The notes beneath the pieces are model-generated. The model saw only the letters and a list, made by a program, of their open reading frames with translations. It had not been told where the DNA came from and searched no databases. Made by a program: the position numbers and the translations under genes. 49,553 nt of DNA from positions 1 to 49,553 of the forward strand of contig JBHLOI010000025.1 of assembly GCA_048940645.1 (NCBI GenBank), given 5' to 3'. Below, piece by piece: positions 38,085-48,005 of the stretch. This DNA comes from Promethearchaeota archaeon. Lineage in GTDB: Archaea > Asgardarchaeota > Lokiarchaeia > Sigyniarchaeales > SOKP01. Numbering within the stretch: position 1 is the first letter of the stretch; each line of letters starts with the position of its first letter.

Positions 38085-40223
38085 ATGAGAATAACTTGTC
38101 ATAAATCTAGTAAAAATAAAATTAAAAAAAGTAAGAAGTATAAGGGCGTCATTAATATAGCATTAGCAGGTAATGCAAACGTTGGAAAATCTGTAATATT
38201 TAATCAGCTTACAGGACTTTCACAAACGATTGGAAACTGGCCTGGAAAAACTGTGGAAAGAATGGAAGGGCATTTGGAATTTTTAGGCTATCGGTTTGAT
38301 ATTATTGATTTACCAGGTATTTATTCCTTATCAACATATTCATTAGAAGAAATTGTAAGTAGAGAATATATTGTATCAGATGAGGTGGATGTTATAATTA
38401 ATGTAATTGACGCCACAAACCTGGAACGTAATTTATTTCTTACTTTCCAATTATTGGAATTAAAAGTTCCTATAATATTGGCTATAAACCAAATGGATAT
38501 TTTAAAAAAGAGAAATATTGATATAGACTTTAAAAAGTTTGAGAGCATTTTAGAATTACCGGTAATTCCATTAGTAGCGGTTCACGGAATGGGAGTACAT
38601 CAATTACTTGAAGAAGCTATTGAATTAGCTGTTTATCATCACACTCATGAACATTACATCAAGGATGGGAAAATAAAACATGAAACTTTATCTCATACAA
38701 ACAAAATATCAATGCAAAATAAAATTTCAATAAAAAAATTATTCCAATTTCCAGATTTAAAACCCCTTCTTTCTTATGGAAAAGAAGTAGAAGATAAATT
38801 AGATGCTATAGAAGCCGAATTAAAAGGATTTGAAGAATATATTTCGCAATTTAACTATCCCAGTCGATTTATAGCAATAAAAATATTAGAAAATGATGAA
38901 GAAATCATAAAACTTTTTGAAAAAAATGAAGTTAAAAAAAGAATACTTCAATTAGCTGAAAAATATCGGAGAAGTTTAGAGAAATATCACGGTGAAGATA
39001 TTAATACCATAATTTCATCTGAAATTTATAATAATATTCGAAAAATTATTGAAGAAGTTTTAACAGTCAAATCTAAGGGAAAAATAAAAACCTCATTTGC
39101 GGAAAAACTCGATCATATAACTGCTCATTCTTTCTGGGGATATATAATACTTGCTTTGATTCTTATTGGTATATATTATTTCACTTTTCTGATAGGAGGT
39201 TTTTTAGGAGAACTTATTGATAATGTTTTTGGTATTTGGAGTGAAATAATCTATAATAGTTATGGAAGTACCAATATATTAGTGTTTATTATATGGGATG
39301 GAGCAATGGGCGGATTATTTGGTGCGGTGGGTGGTGTTTTGGTTTATGTCATACCGTTCTTTTTAATAATTGAAATCTTGCAAGATTCAGGATATTTGCC
39401 CAGAGCCGCATTTCTTATGGATAGATTTATGCACTTTCTAGGAGTTCATGGAAAAACTATAATTCCAATGATATTAGGTTTTGGTTGCAATGTTCCTGCT
39501 TGTACAGGTTGTAGAATTATGGAAACTCAGCGTGAAAAAAAGATATCTATAGCTTTAACTTCATTGATTCCTTGTGCTGCTGTGATGGTTGTAGTTTTAG
39601 GGTTAGTTGGAAGATATCTAGGTCCTGGTTGGGTTATAATATTATTTATTATTAATTTTTTAGTAATAATAATTGTAGGGAGATTGTTAAATAAAATCTT
39701 ACCCGGTGAATGTACAGAATTAATAATGGAAATGCATGAATACAGGGTTCCAAACTATAATGTGATTCTTAAGCAGACATGGATAAGAACAAAAGAATTT
39801 GTATATAAATCCATGCCAATAATTATCGGTATTGGGATATTAATGGAGATCATGTTTATCTTTCGATTATTAGATCCTATTAACTTTATTATGAGTCCAA
39901 TAACAAGATTTTGGTTAGGTTTACCATTCATTACCGGGATATTTTTAATTTACGGAATTTTAAGAAAGGAATTAACTCTAATCCTTTTGCAAGTGCTTGC
40001 AAATTCTATGGGGTTAACAATTTTACAATTATTGTCTCCTATCCAGATTATTGTTTTTAGCTTGGTTACTATGCTCTATATTCCTTGCTTCGCTACAATA
40101 ATTATTATCGCTCGTGAAACAAATTGGAGATATGCATTTAAAATATCGATTTTAGAAATATCATTAGCTTTAATAATTGGTGGTATCATAAATTGGAGTT
40201 ACATTTTTGTTTCTAGTTTTTAA
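38085..40223 (+). CDS. feoB: Ferrous iron transport protein B
   Basis: GNANVGKS, NWPGKTVE, DLPGIYSL, DSGYLPR, GFGCNVP, LYIPC. Confidence 0.96.
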   Translation: MRITCHKSSKNKIKKSKKYKGVINIALAGNANVGKSVIFNQLTGLSQTIGNWPGKTVERMEGHLEFLGYRFDIIDLPGIYSLSTYSLEEIVSREYIVSDEVDVIINVIDATNLERNLFLTFQLLELKVPIILAINQMDILKKRNIDIDFKKFESILELPVIPLVAVHGMGVHQLLEEAIELAVYHHTHEHYIKDGKIKHETLSHTNKISMQNKISIKKLFQFPDLKPLLSYGKEVEDKLDAIEAELKGFEEYISQFNYPSRFIAIKILENDEEIIKLFEKNEVKKRILQLAEKYRRSLEKYHGEDINTIISSEIYNNIRKIIEEVLTVKSKGKIKTSFAEKLDHITAHSFWGYIILALILIGIYYFTFLIGGFLGELIDNVFGIWSEIIYNSYGSTNILVFIIWDGAMGGLFGAVGGVLVYVIPFFLIIEILQDSGYLPRAAFLMDRFMHFLGVHGKTIIPMILGFGCNVPACTGCRIMETQREKKISIALTSLIPCAAVMVVVLGLVGRYLGPGWVIILFIINFLVIIIVGRLLNKILPGECTELIMEMHEYRVPNYNVILKQTWIRTKEFVYKSMPIIIGIGILMEIMFIFRLLDPINFIMSPITRFWLGLPFITGIFLIYGILRKELTLILLQVLANSMGLTILQLLSPIQIIVFSLVTMLYIPCFATIIIIARETNWRYAFKISILEISLALIIGGIINWSYIFVSSF

Positions 40224-40492
40224 TTAATTTTCGATATTCTTGAAGAATAATTATTTTCGACAAAAGACGATATGTTCCATAGGAGATTCTAATCCATATT
40301 TTCGAATAAGCTCTTTATTTTTTTCAATATAATAGATTTTAATAAGTTAAAAGGAGAAAAAAAATTACGTTATTAGTTTAGTAAAATACAGAAGTATTTG
40401 TTCTTTTTTCCCGAAATAGCAATAAAACTCTAAAATTATAAAAAATAAAAGCAAGAAAGTAGTTATTATAATAACTTAAAATAATTTTTAGA

Positions 40493-42133
40493 ATGATTAT
40501 GTCTGATCAAAAAATCTATTATAAGGATTGGCCTAAGGATGTTCCAAAAACAATTGAAATTCCAAATAAAACTTTAATCGATTTTCTTGAAGATTCTGTA
40601 AAAAAATACCCGAATAATATTGTTACCAATTTTATGGGATTTCAATTAACCTATACCCAGTTGCAAGATATTGCATATCGTACAGCTACCAAATTATCAG
40701 AATTAGATGTAAAAAAAGGGGAAACCGTTGCACTTCAATTTACTAATAATCCTGCGTACATTTCTTATTATTACGGTGTTCTTAAAATGGGAGGAGTTGT
40801 CACAAACTTATCACCTCTATTTAAAAGCTTAGAGGTTAAAAGGCAACTGAATGATAGTGATGCAAAAATATATATTGGATGGGAAGGGTTTAATGGGATA
40901 GTAGATCCTATTATTAATGAAACAGGAGTTAAACATAAATTTTATAGTAATCTCGGACCATATTTATCACCAGATCCAATGGCACCACCCGAATTTCCTA
41001 TGGGGGGGGAACCTACCTTTGAAGATATTATTAGGAAAACAAAACCAAATCCTCCTATTATTGATATTGATCCAGAAGATTTAGCGATGCTTCAATATAC
41101 AGGTGGTACTACCGGATTCCCAAAGGGTGCAATGTTAACTCATCACAGTATTGTAGCAAATGTGTATCAAATTAAAACTTGGTTGCCTAGTATTGCGGAG
41201 GCTGAAGACAATTTTTTAGCAGTTTTACCATTTTATCATATCTATATGTGTTTTGTGATGAACGCAGTAATCCATCTGGGAGATACGCTTACTTGCGTTT
41301 TCAATCCACGAGAGACACATGAAATTATTGAGGCAGTAGAAACCACAAAAGTCACTATCTTTCCAGGTATTGCTCCCTTATATAATAATATAAATAATTA
41401 TGAGGGTATAGAAAAACATGATTTATCGAGTATTCGATATTGCTTTAGCGGAGCTGCACCTTTACCAGATGATGTAAGAAAGAAGTTTGAAAAATTATCA
41501 GGAGCTAAAGTTAGAGAAGTTTATGGTTTAACTGAAATGTCTCCTGCTGTAACTGCAAATACATTTGATGATAACTTCAAATCAGGAACAGCGGGGATGC
41601 CTTTGCCAAATACAGAAGTTAAAATAGTTAGTGAAGATGGTAAAGTTCTTGGTATAAATGAAGTTGGGGAGTTGTGGGTTAAGGGTCCACAAATGATGAA
41701 AGGATACTATAAGAGACCTGAAGAAACAAAAAACACAATTATTGATGGATGGTTAAGAACAGGGGATATGGCATTAATGAATGATAATGGCCGAATACTG
41801 ATAAAGGAACGATTAAAAGATATGATTAAATATAAGGGACATTCAGTTTATCCTACAGAAGTTGAAGATCTACTATTTTATAATGATACCATTGAAGATT
41901 GTGCTGTTGTTGGAATTGTTGACAAAGAAGGAAATGAGAACATAAAAGCATTTATCGTGTTAAAAGATGAATTTAAGGGGAAGGTCTCAGAACAGGATAT
42001 TATTGATTGGTCAAAGAAAAACATGGGATTTGAGAAATACCCCCGATTCGTGGAATTTATTGATGAAATTCCTAAAACTATCATTGGAAAAATACTTCAC
42101 CGGGAATTAAGAGAAAAAGAAGCAAAAAAGTAA
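40493..42133 (+). CDS. Long-chain fatty-acid--CoA ligase
   Basis: YTGGTTGFPKG, YGLTE, GWLRTGD, PKTIIGK. Confidence 0.92.
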   Translation: MIMSDQKIYYKDWPKDVPKTIEIPNKTLIDFLEDSVKKYPNNIVTNFMGFQLTYTQLQDIAYRTATKLSELDVKKGETVALQFTNNPAYISYYYGVLKMGGVVTNLSPLFKSLEVKRQLNDSDAKIYIGWEGFNGIVDPIINETGVKHKFYSNLGPYLSPDPMAPPEFPMGGEPTFEDIIRKTKPNPPIIDIDPEDLAMLQYTGGTTGFPKGAMLTHHSIVANVYQIKTWLPSIAEAEDNFLAVLPFYHIYMCFVMNAVIHLGDTLTCVFNPRETHEIIEAVETTKVTIFPGIAPLYNNINNYEGIEKHDLSSIRYCFSGAAPLPDDVRKKFEKLSGAKVREVYGLTEMSPAVTANTFDDNFKSGTAGMPLPNTEVKIVSEDGKVLGINEVGELWVKGPQMMKGYYKRPEETKNTIIDGWLRTGDMALMNDNGRILIKERLKDMIKYKGHSVYPTEVEDLLFYNDTIEDCAVVGIVDKEGNENIKAFIVLKDEFKGKVSEQDIIDWSKKNMGFEKYPRFVEFIDEIPKTIIGKILHRELREKEAKK

Positions 42134-42286
42134 TCTATGTTTGCACTATTTTTTTACTACAAATTTTTTATTAAACATTTTGATTTTCGGTTATATCATT
42201 TAGAATTATTAGTAAATCTTTTGTTTAGTTTATGAGAAATTATCAATACTCTTTTATGTTTACTTTTTCTTATTTATTTTAGAAAA

Positions 42287-42742
42287 ATGGAAAAAGCTAC
42301 ATTTGGTGCGGGTTGCTTCTGGGGTGTAGAAGCAAGATTTAGGAAGGTTAAGGGTGTAATCGGTGCTGTTGTTGGGTATAGTGGAGGTAAAACAAAAAAT
42401 CCGACGTATAAAGATGTTTGTACGGATAAAACGGGTCATGCTGAGGTTGTTCAAGTCACATATGATCCTTCAATTGTATCTTATGAGGAATTGTTAGAAA
42501 TCTTTTGGAATATACATAATCCTACGACTCTTAATCGTCAAGGTTGGGATATTGGTACTCAGTATCGATCTGTGGTGTTTTATAATAGTGAAGAACAAAA
42601 AGAAAAAGCTTTAAAATTAAAAGAAAAGCTCGATCAGTCAGGTAGATATAAAAAACCCATCGTAACTGAGATAACACCTGCTTCAGAATTTTATAAAGCT
42701 GAAGAATACCATCAACGCTATTATGAGAAAAATAAGAAGTAA
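42287..42742 (+). CDS. msrA: Peptide-methionine (S)-S-oxide reductase
   Basis: GCFWG, TGHAEVV, GTQYRS, AEEYHQ. Confidence 0.96.
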   Translation: MEKATFGAGCFWGVEARFRKVKGVIGAVVGYSGGKTKNPTYKDVCTDKTGHAEVVQVTYDPSIVSYEELLEIFWNIHNPTTLNRQGWDIGTQYRSVVFYNSEEQKEKALKLKEKLDQSGRYKKPIVTEITPASEFYKAEEYHQRYYEKNKK

Positions 42743-42854
42743 TTAGGTTTTTTTCTAATTCTAAATTTTCCTTTACTAATTTTTATAATTCTTAGACGGT
42801 TTTCATAACCAATTAATAAAACTACTTATTTTATTGGTGATATAATTATAAACT

Positions 42855-44042
42855 ATGTTAAACCATCGATTAATTGATCCTTCACCTGAGCCTGAAAAGT
42901 TTGTTCGGACTGCTGTAAAATTTCTTCAGAAATATACCAAGAATAAAAAGGTATTTTGTGCGCTTTCTGGTGGGGTTGATAGTTCCTGTGTATATCTTCT
43001 GTTAAAGGAAGCTAGAGTCGATACACTTCCTGTATTTATTGACCACGGCCTTATGAGAATAATTAGAGGCAAAGAAGAACGAGAATATCTAAAAAAATTG
43101 TTTCCAGAACTCATTATTGTTGATATTCGCGAAAAATTTTTACCAAAGATTTTTGGAGAGGGTGATGCTGAAAATAAGCGGAAGTTATTCAAAAATGCAT
43201 ATTCAGATACAATCAGTAAGGTGATTAAGGAGGAAAAGTGTGATCTACTTGCTGACGGAACCATCTTACCCGATATTGAAGAAAGTTTTGGTGTTAAAAT
43301 CTCAGATTTAAAAGAAACCATGTCACTTGAGGAGGAATTAAATTTAAAAAAAAAAAATATCCAAGGATTTGTAAAAAGCCAACATAATGTAGAAATTGAA
43401 TATAAGGTAAAGGCGACGATTCAGCCAGTAGCAAGCCTTACCAAATACGAGATTAGGAATATTCTTAAATATTTAAATATGCCCCCAGAATTAGTATATA
43501 GAAAGGCTTTTCCAGGCCCAGCATTATCAGCAAGAATTATAGGACCTCTATCAAATAAAAATTTAGCTTTTGAAAAAAAAGTGCATGACATCATCGAGAG
43601 TAATATAGATGATTACTATATCGAGAAATACAATAAACCAATGATAATAAACCAAAAAGGAGAACAAGAACCATTTCAAGTATTTGCGGCTATAAGTGAT
43701 GACATTCTTAACAGAAAAGTTACTGGAATAGTTAATGGAAAAAGAACTTATGAAGTGCCCTTATGTGTTAGAGGAAAATGGGATTATGCAAAGCTTGTTG
43801 GTTTAGCGTCTCAATTAAAAGGCTATTCTAGATTACTTTATGAGCTTAAAACTGATAAAAAAGGCACATATGATGTAATAATAAGATCTGTAAATAGTAA
43901 AGATGCAAGAACAGCAACTATTACAAATCTACCATTTGAATTTATAGAAAAATTGAAAGTATTGCTAAAAGAAATTCCCGAAACTAAAAATGTTTACATC
44001 GATATTACTCCAAAACCACCTGCTACCATTGAATACGTATAA
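42855..44042 (+). CDS. guaAB: GMP synthase ATP-pyrophosphatase subunit (archaeal split type)
   Basis: LSGGVDSS, DHGLMR, KSQHNV, FPGPAL, DITPKPPATIEY; no GATase domain. Confidence 0.88.
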   Translation: MLNHRLIDPSPEPEKFVRTAVKFLQKYTKNKKVFCALSGGVDSSCVYLLLKEARVDTLPVFIDHGLMRIIRGKEEREYLKKLFPELIIVDIREKFLPKIFGEGDAENKRKLFKNAYSDTISKVIKEEKCDLLADGTILPDIEESFGVKISDLKETMSLEEELNLKKKNIQGFVKSQHNVEIEYKVKATIQPVASLTKYEIRNILKYLNMPPELVYRKAFPGPALSARIIGPLSNKNLAFEKKVHDIIESNIDDYYIEKYNKPMIINQKGEQEPFQVFAAISDDILNRKVTGIVNGKRTYEVPLCVRGKWDYAKLVGLASQLKGYSRLLYELKTDKKGTYDVIIRSVNSKDARTATITNLPFEFIEKLKVLLKEIPETKNVYIDITPKPPATIEYV

Positions 44043-44197
44043 GTTCGATATTCGAAACTATTATAAGGAATTTTTAATCTTTATGTATATTCATTGCCCT
44101 TCATTAATTTTACGGCGATTTTTATAATTAAATTGCATAAAAATTCTTGCAACAAATATGATTAGATTTGTTAAAAATTCAGAAGCTTCTTTTTTAT

Positions 44198-44497
44198 TTT
44201 CGATCATAAACTGATTCACTCTTTCACTTTTCCTATTTTTATTAGATTTCAATCATAAACTAATTTTGAGTGATAGAAAGAATTAATCTTTTTAAAATAA
44301 TTTTTGTTTTTCATAAATAATGATCAGATTTTATCACTCTTCTTAATAATTATTTAAAATTTGATGAATCAATATCTCGTTTTTTTATTATTATTCTATA
44401 TCTGATTGTCTTTTCTGATTGTTTTTGTGATCGCTTTTATTCTAATTATTATGGGACTTCGATCACATAATTGCCAGATTTGATCACTATTTAAATA
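44198..44497 (+). promoter_or_regulatory. GATC-rich promoter region A
   Basis: GATC at 44202, 44322, 44429, 44461, 44482; TGATCA-N3-TTTAAATA. Confidence 0.55.
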
Positions 44498-44534
44498 GGT
44501 TCATTACTTATTTTTATTTAGGTGATTAAAAAAA

Positions 44535-44819
44535 ATGGGATACACAAATTTTACAGATAAAATGGTTGATAGAGCGGAAGAGAATTTTAAAAAGATTAAA
44601 GAATCAATCAAAGGCCTTTATGATCTCCTCAATATTTGCCTCCCAGATGACCAGGTATATCTAGAGGCGGGTCAAGAGAACATAGAAGGTTTATATCAAA
44701 ACATCATAGAGTTAATATTAAATGATTACGGATTAAGAAAAATAGTAAAGAAAATAAAATCCGCTGAATTAGATGTTAATATTACTCTAGATGAATTAAT
44801 GATTGAAGAAGGACTATAA
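44535..44819 (+). CDS. Hypothetical 94-aa helical protein
   Basis: TATA box and GGTGA upstream; poly-T tract downstream. Confidence 0.75.
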   Translation: MGYTNFTDKMVDRAEENFKKIKESIKGLYDLLNICLPDDQVYLEAGQENIEGLYQNIIELILNDYGLRKIVKKIKSAELDVNITLDELMIEEGL

Positions 44820-44821
44820 AA

Positions 44822-44845
44822 TATTTTTTTTCTTTCTTTTTTTAT
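44822..44845 (+). terminator. Oligo-T archaeal-type terminator
   Basis: T-rich run immediately after the stop codon at 44819. Confidence 0.45.
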
Positions 44846-45478
44846 TAAACTATTACTTTTTCATTTTTAATGCAAAATCTTTGCAGTAAATTTCAATTTC
44901 CGTAATTTATTTTGATAATCCGGACAAATTTTATAATCAGGAAAATTGCATAAGGTTTGGGATTTAGGAAGGCTACATGAGTAAGAAAATGGACAAGTTA
45001 ATAAACTGCTTTCAAGATCAAAATCTGAGTCAATTATTATAATTCATCACGCCTTTCATCATTTTATTGGTAATCTATATGATTTAATAATCAAATTATT
45101 GCTTAAGTGAATTTAAAAAGAAGTGAGTATAGAAAATTTTTAATTTTTGTTTTGTTATTTTGTAGTTCTCAATTAGCTGATAAAAACTAGTTACTTCTAA
45201 AAAAGTCTTTAATAGGTAAAATGAGAGGAAATATGGGAAATACCCCATATTCCCTAAGGTTAAAATCCAATGAAACCAAAAAGTGTAGTTTTAGGTTGAA
45301 AATTTGTGATTGCTATAATTCATTATAAAATTATTTAAAGTCCAATAAAATCGTTTAATTTGAAATTAGTAATCCAATTTCTCTTGTTTTAAATACTCGA
45401 ATAATAAAAGAATGTTCTTTTAATCAATTTATTTTATAATTTTTAAACTCAATAAAATGAACAATATTATTTGATTAA

Positions 45479-45823
45479 TTTCGATCATAAATCAATTTAT
45501 TTTTTCCTTTTAATTATTTTAATTAGATTTCAATTAGATTACTTTTAATATTTAAAATTTTTGATCCCTTCTGATCTTTTTTTTTAAAAGAAATGTGATT
45601 TTTTTATTTGGTTTTATGCAAAATGTAGAATTAGCAACATTATAGGTTATTTTTTCGTTATCATAAGTGATTTAGATCATATATATATTGACTTTTATTC
45701 ATAATGATGAATTAGTGATCTCTATAATATCGTTTTTCGATTTATTGCCATATATTGATCACATATTCAAACGGAAATGGTTAAAATGATCAACATTTAA
45801 ATACTAGTTTATCTAATATGATC
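45479..45823 (+). promoter_or_regulatory. GATC-rich promoter region B, paralogous to region A
   Basis: GATC at 45483, 45563, 45573, 45675, 45717, 45757, 45788, 45820; TGATCA-N3-TTTAAATA. Confidence 0.55.
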
Positions 45824-45881
45824 ATTAGTGAAAAAAAAATTTTTTCACATTTTAAAACATACTAATAAGAAGTGAAGAAGT

Positions 45882-46082
45882 TTGTGTAATTCATGCAAGT
45901 GTGATAATTATTATCAATGCTCAATAGTAGGATATATAAATTCTCCAGGATTTTGTTGCTCTAAATGTGAAGGGTACAATGAGGAACTAACTTGCTTAAA
46001 AGCAAGATTCAATTATGAAATGATAGTGCCAAAAACCGTGATAAAACACCCAGATAAAACTATAATAATTCCAAATGAATAA
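45882..46082 (+). CDS. Small 8-Cys protein, paralog 1
   Basis: CxxCxCxxxxxCSIVG...GFCCSxC...YNEExTCLK, shared with the next ORF. Confidence 0.75.
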   Translation: MCNSCKCDNYYQCSIVGYINSPGFCCSKCEGYNEELTCLKARFNYEMIVPKTVIKHPDKTIIIPNE

Positions 46083-46380
46083 AATAGTGCGAAAAATTAT
46101 GTGTAATAATTGCAATTGCGACAATTATGATAAATGTTCGATAGTAGGATTTATGCCTATTGGGTTTTGTTGTTCCAATTGTGATCTCTATAACGAGGAA
46201 CATACCTGCTTAAAAACAAAAACAAAACATCTAGCCCACCATGAATTGAGTGGAAAAGAATCAGGAGAGGAAATAAAACCAATAAGTTCTTCAATTGAGG
46301 ATGGACTTTTAAAGGTAATAATTAAGAAGAAAGATGAGAAGATACCTATATACATTGATCTCCAAAAGCATTTAGAATAA
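46075..46380 (+). CDS. Small 8-Cys protein, paralog 2, with C-terminal extension
   Basis: Same Cys pattern as the upstream ORF; the two overlap or abut. Confidence 0.8.
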   Translation: MNKIVRKIMCNNCNCDNYDKCSIVGFMPIGFCCSNCDLYNEEHTCLKTKTKHLAHHELSGKESGEEIKPISSSIEDGLLKVIIKKKDEKIPIYIDLQKHLE

Positions 46381-46590
46381 TGTTTACTAATATTTTCAAT
46401 TCTGTTAATGTAATTCGGGATCAATGTAGAATTTCAAATATTTTTTTTGTTATCGTGTTAGGCAGTAAAAATAATATTGGAAATTTATGGAGAAAAGTTA
46501 TAAAAGTTATTTATAAAATTTATATAAGTTATATAATTTACAAACCTAAAGAGATTAACAAAACTAAAAAGATTAAAATGGGATATTGAC

Positions 46591-47088
46591 ATGAGTGTCA
46601 TAAATTTTGAGTTTAGAAATGAGGTCCTTAAACATAATGCCTCTTTAAGTTATTGTTATCAATGTTCAACTTGTTCTGGTGGATGTCCTGTTGCTTTGAT
46701 CACAAATGGTACATATAATCCAAGAAAAATCATTGAAGAAGCCATATTAGGACTTCAAGATAAATTGGTAGTTAGTCAAGATCCTAATCCATGGCTCTGT
46801 TCCACATGCCAGAAATGTGTGGAATTATGTCCCCAGAAAGTCGAATTAACAGAGATTTTTACTTTAATAAAAAATAAATGTTTTGAAATAGGTAAAATTC
46901 CTGAAGCTTTTATTGCTCAAGGAAAGGCAGTCTTAGAACATGGAGTAGCCATTCCATATTCCAAAGCAATATTAACAAGGCGTGAAAAACTTGGTCTTCC
47001 GAAAGTAAGAACAGCTCCTGTAGATGAAATCAAAAAAATACTTAATGAAACTAATTTTGATAAATACATATTGAGAGAGGGTGGATAG
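46591..47088 (+). CDS. hdrC: Heterodisulfide reductase subunit C
   Basis: CYQCSTCSGGCP and WLCSTCQKCVELCPQ. Confidence 0.93.
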   Translation: MSVINFEFRNEVLKHNASLSYCYQCSTCSGGCPVALITNGTYNPRKIIEEAILGLQDKLVVSQDPNPWLCSTCQKCVELCPQKVELTEIFTLIKNKCFEIGKIPEAFIAQGKAVLEHGVAIPYSKAILTRREKLGLPKVRTAPVDEIKKILNETNFDKYILREGG

Positions 47089-47091
47089 TAA

Positions 47092-47967
47092 ATGAGTTAT
47101 GACTTGTTTTTAGGATGTGTAATTCCTGCAAGATTACCTTATTTAGAAGTATCCTCGAGGAAAATTTTTGAAAAACTTGGTATAGAACTACGGGATGTCG
47201 ATGGATTTAGTTGCTGTCCAGATCCAACAGGAATAGAGCTAATAGACCACAATACGTGGTTAACTTTAGGTGCGAGAAATTTAAGTTTATGTAATAATAA
47301 TGGAGCAGTAATATCATTCTGCTCTGGATGTGTTGAAACCTTAAAAGGCGTAAACTACTTCATTAATAAGGATCTGACCGTAAAGAAAGAAGTTAATAGA
47401 AATTTGCAAAAGATTGGAAAGGTTTATGAAGGAAAAACTGAAGTTAAACATTTTGCTCAAGTTCTTTATGAAAACTTGGAAAAAGTTAAAGAAAATGTTG
47501 AAAAGCCATTGGAAGGTTTCAAAGTTGCCATACATTATGGTTGTCATTATTTAAGACCCTCTGAAATTATTGATTGGGACGATCCTTTCGAACCAGTAAC
47601 TATTGATGAAATTGTAAAAACTCTTGGAGCTGAATCTGTAGAATATGCCTCAAAAATGGAGTGTTGTGGAAATCCAGTTGAAAAATCTGATAAAGATTTA
47701 TCGCTTTTAATGATTGAAAGTAAGTTTAAAGATATCTATGATGCAGGAGCTAATTGCGTTGTTGTAGTCTGTCCTGCTTGTTATCAACAATATGAGTTTA
47801 ATCAGAGAGAAATTAACAAGAAAAACAATACAGAATATAGTTTACCAATTTTTTATCTCTCAGAGTTAGTTGCATTAGCATTTGGGTTTAAACCTGAAGA
47901 GTTGGGTTTTAACTTTCACCGAGCGAAACCAGATGCATTATTTGAGACTGTTGGATTTAATTTTTAA
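47092..47967 (+). CDS. hdrB: Heterodisulfide reductase subunit B
   Basis: FLGC, SCCP, CSGC, HYGCH, CCG, CPAC (CCG domains). Confidence 0.95.
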   Translation: MSYDLFLGCVIPARLPYLEVSSRKIFEKLGIELRDVDGFSCCPDPTGIELIDHNTWLTLGARNLSLCNNNGAVISFCSGCVETLKGVNYFINKDLTVKKEVNRNLQKIGKVYEGKTEVKHFAQVLYENLEKVKENVEKPLEGFKVAIHYGCHYLRPSEIIDWDDPFEPVTIDEIVKTLGAESVEYASKMECCGNPVEKSDKDLSLLMIESKFKDIYDAGANCVVVVCPACYQQYEFNQREINKKNNTEYSLPIFYLSELVALAFGFKPEELGFNFHRAKPDALFETVGFNF

Positions 47968-48005
47968 ATTTTTATAAATTAAGAACATAAAGAATAAAAA
48001 ATAGT

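Noticed and set aside
44977-45042. 21-aa ORF MSKKMDKLINCFQDQNLSQLL with upstream GGAAGG
   Set aside because: Too short and unsupported by homology
44043-45880. Replication origin (AT-rich, GATC-rich like enterobacterial oriC)
   Set aside because: No ORB or G-string elements recognised and no orc1/cdc6 nearby; the repeats align with promoters instead
46380-46589. 69-aa ORF before hdrC
   Set aside because: Low-complexity AT-rich translation spanning the probable hdr promoter; no motif
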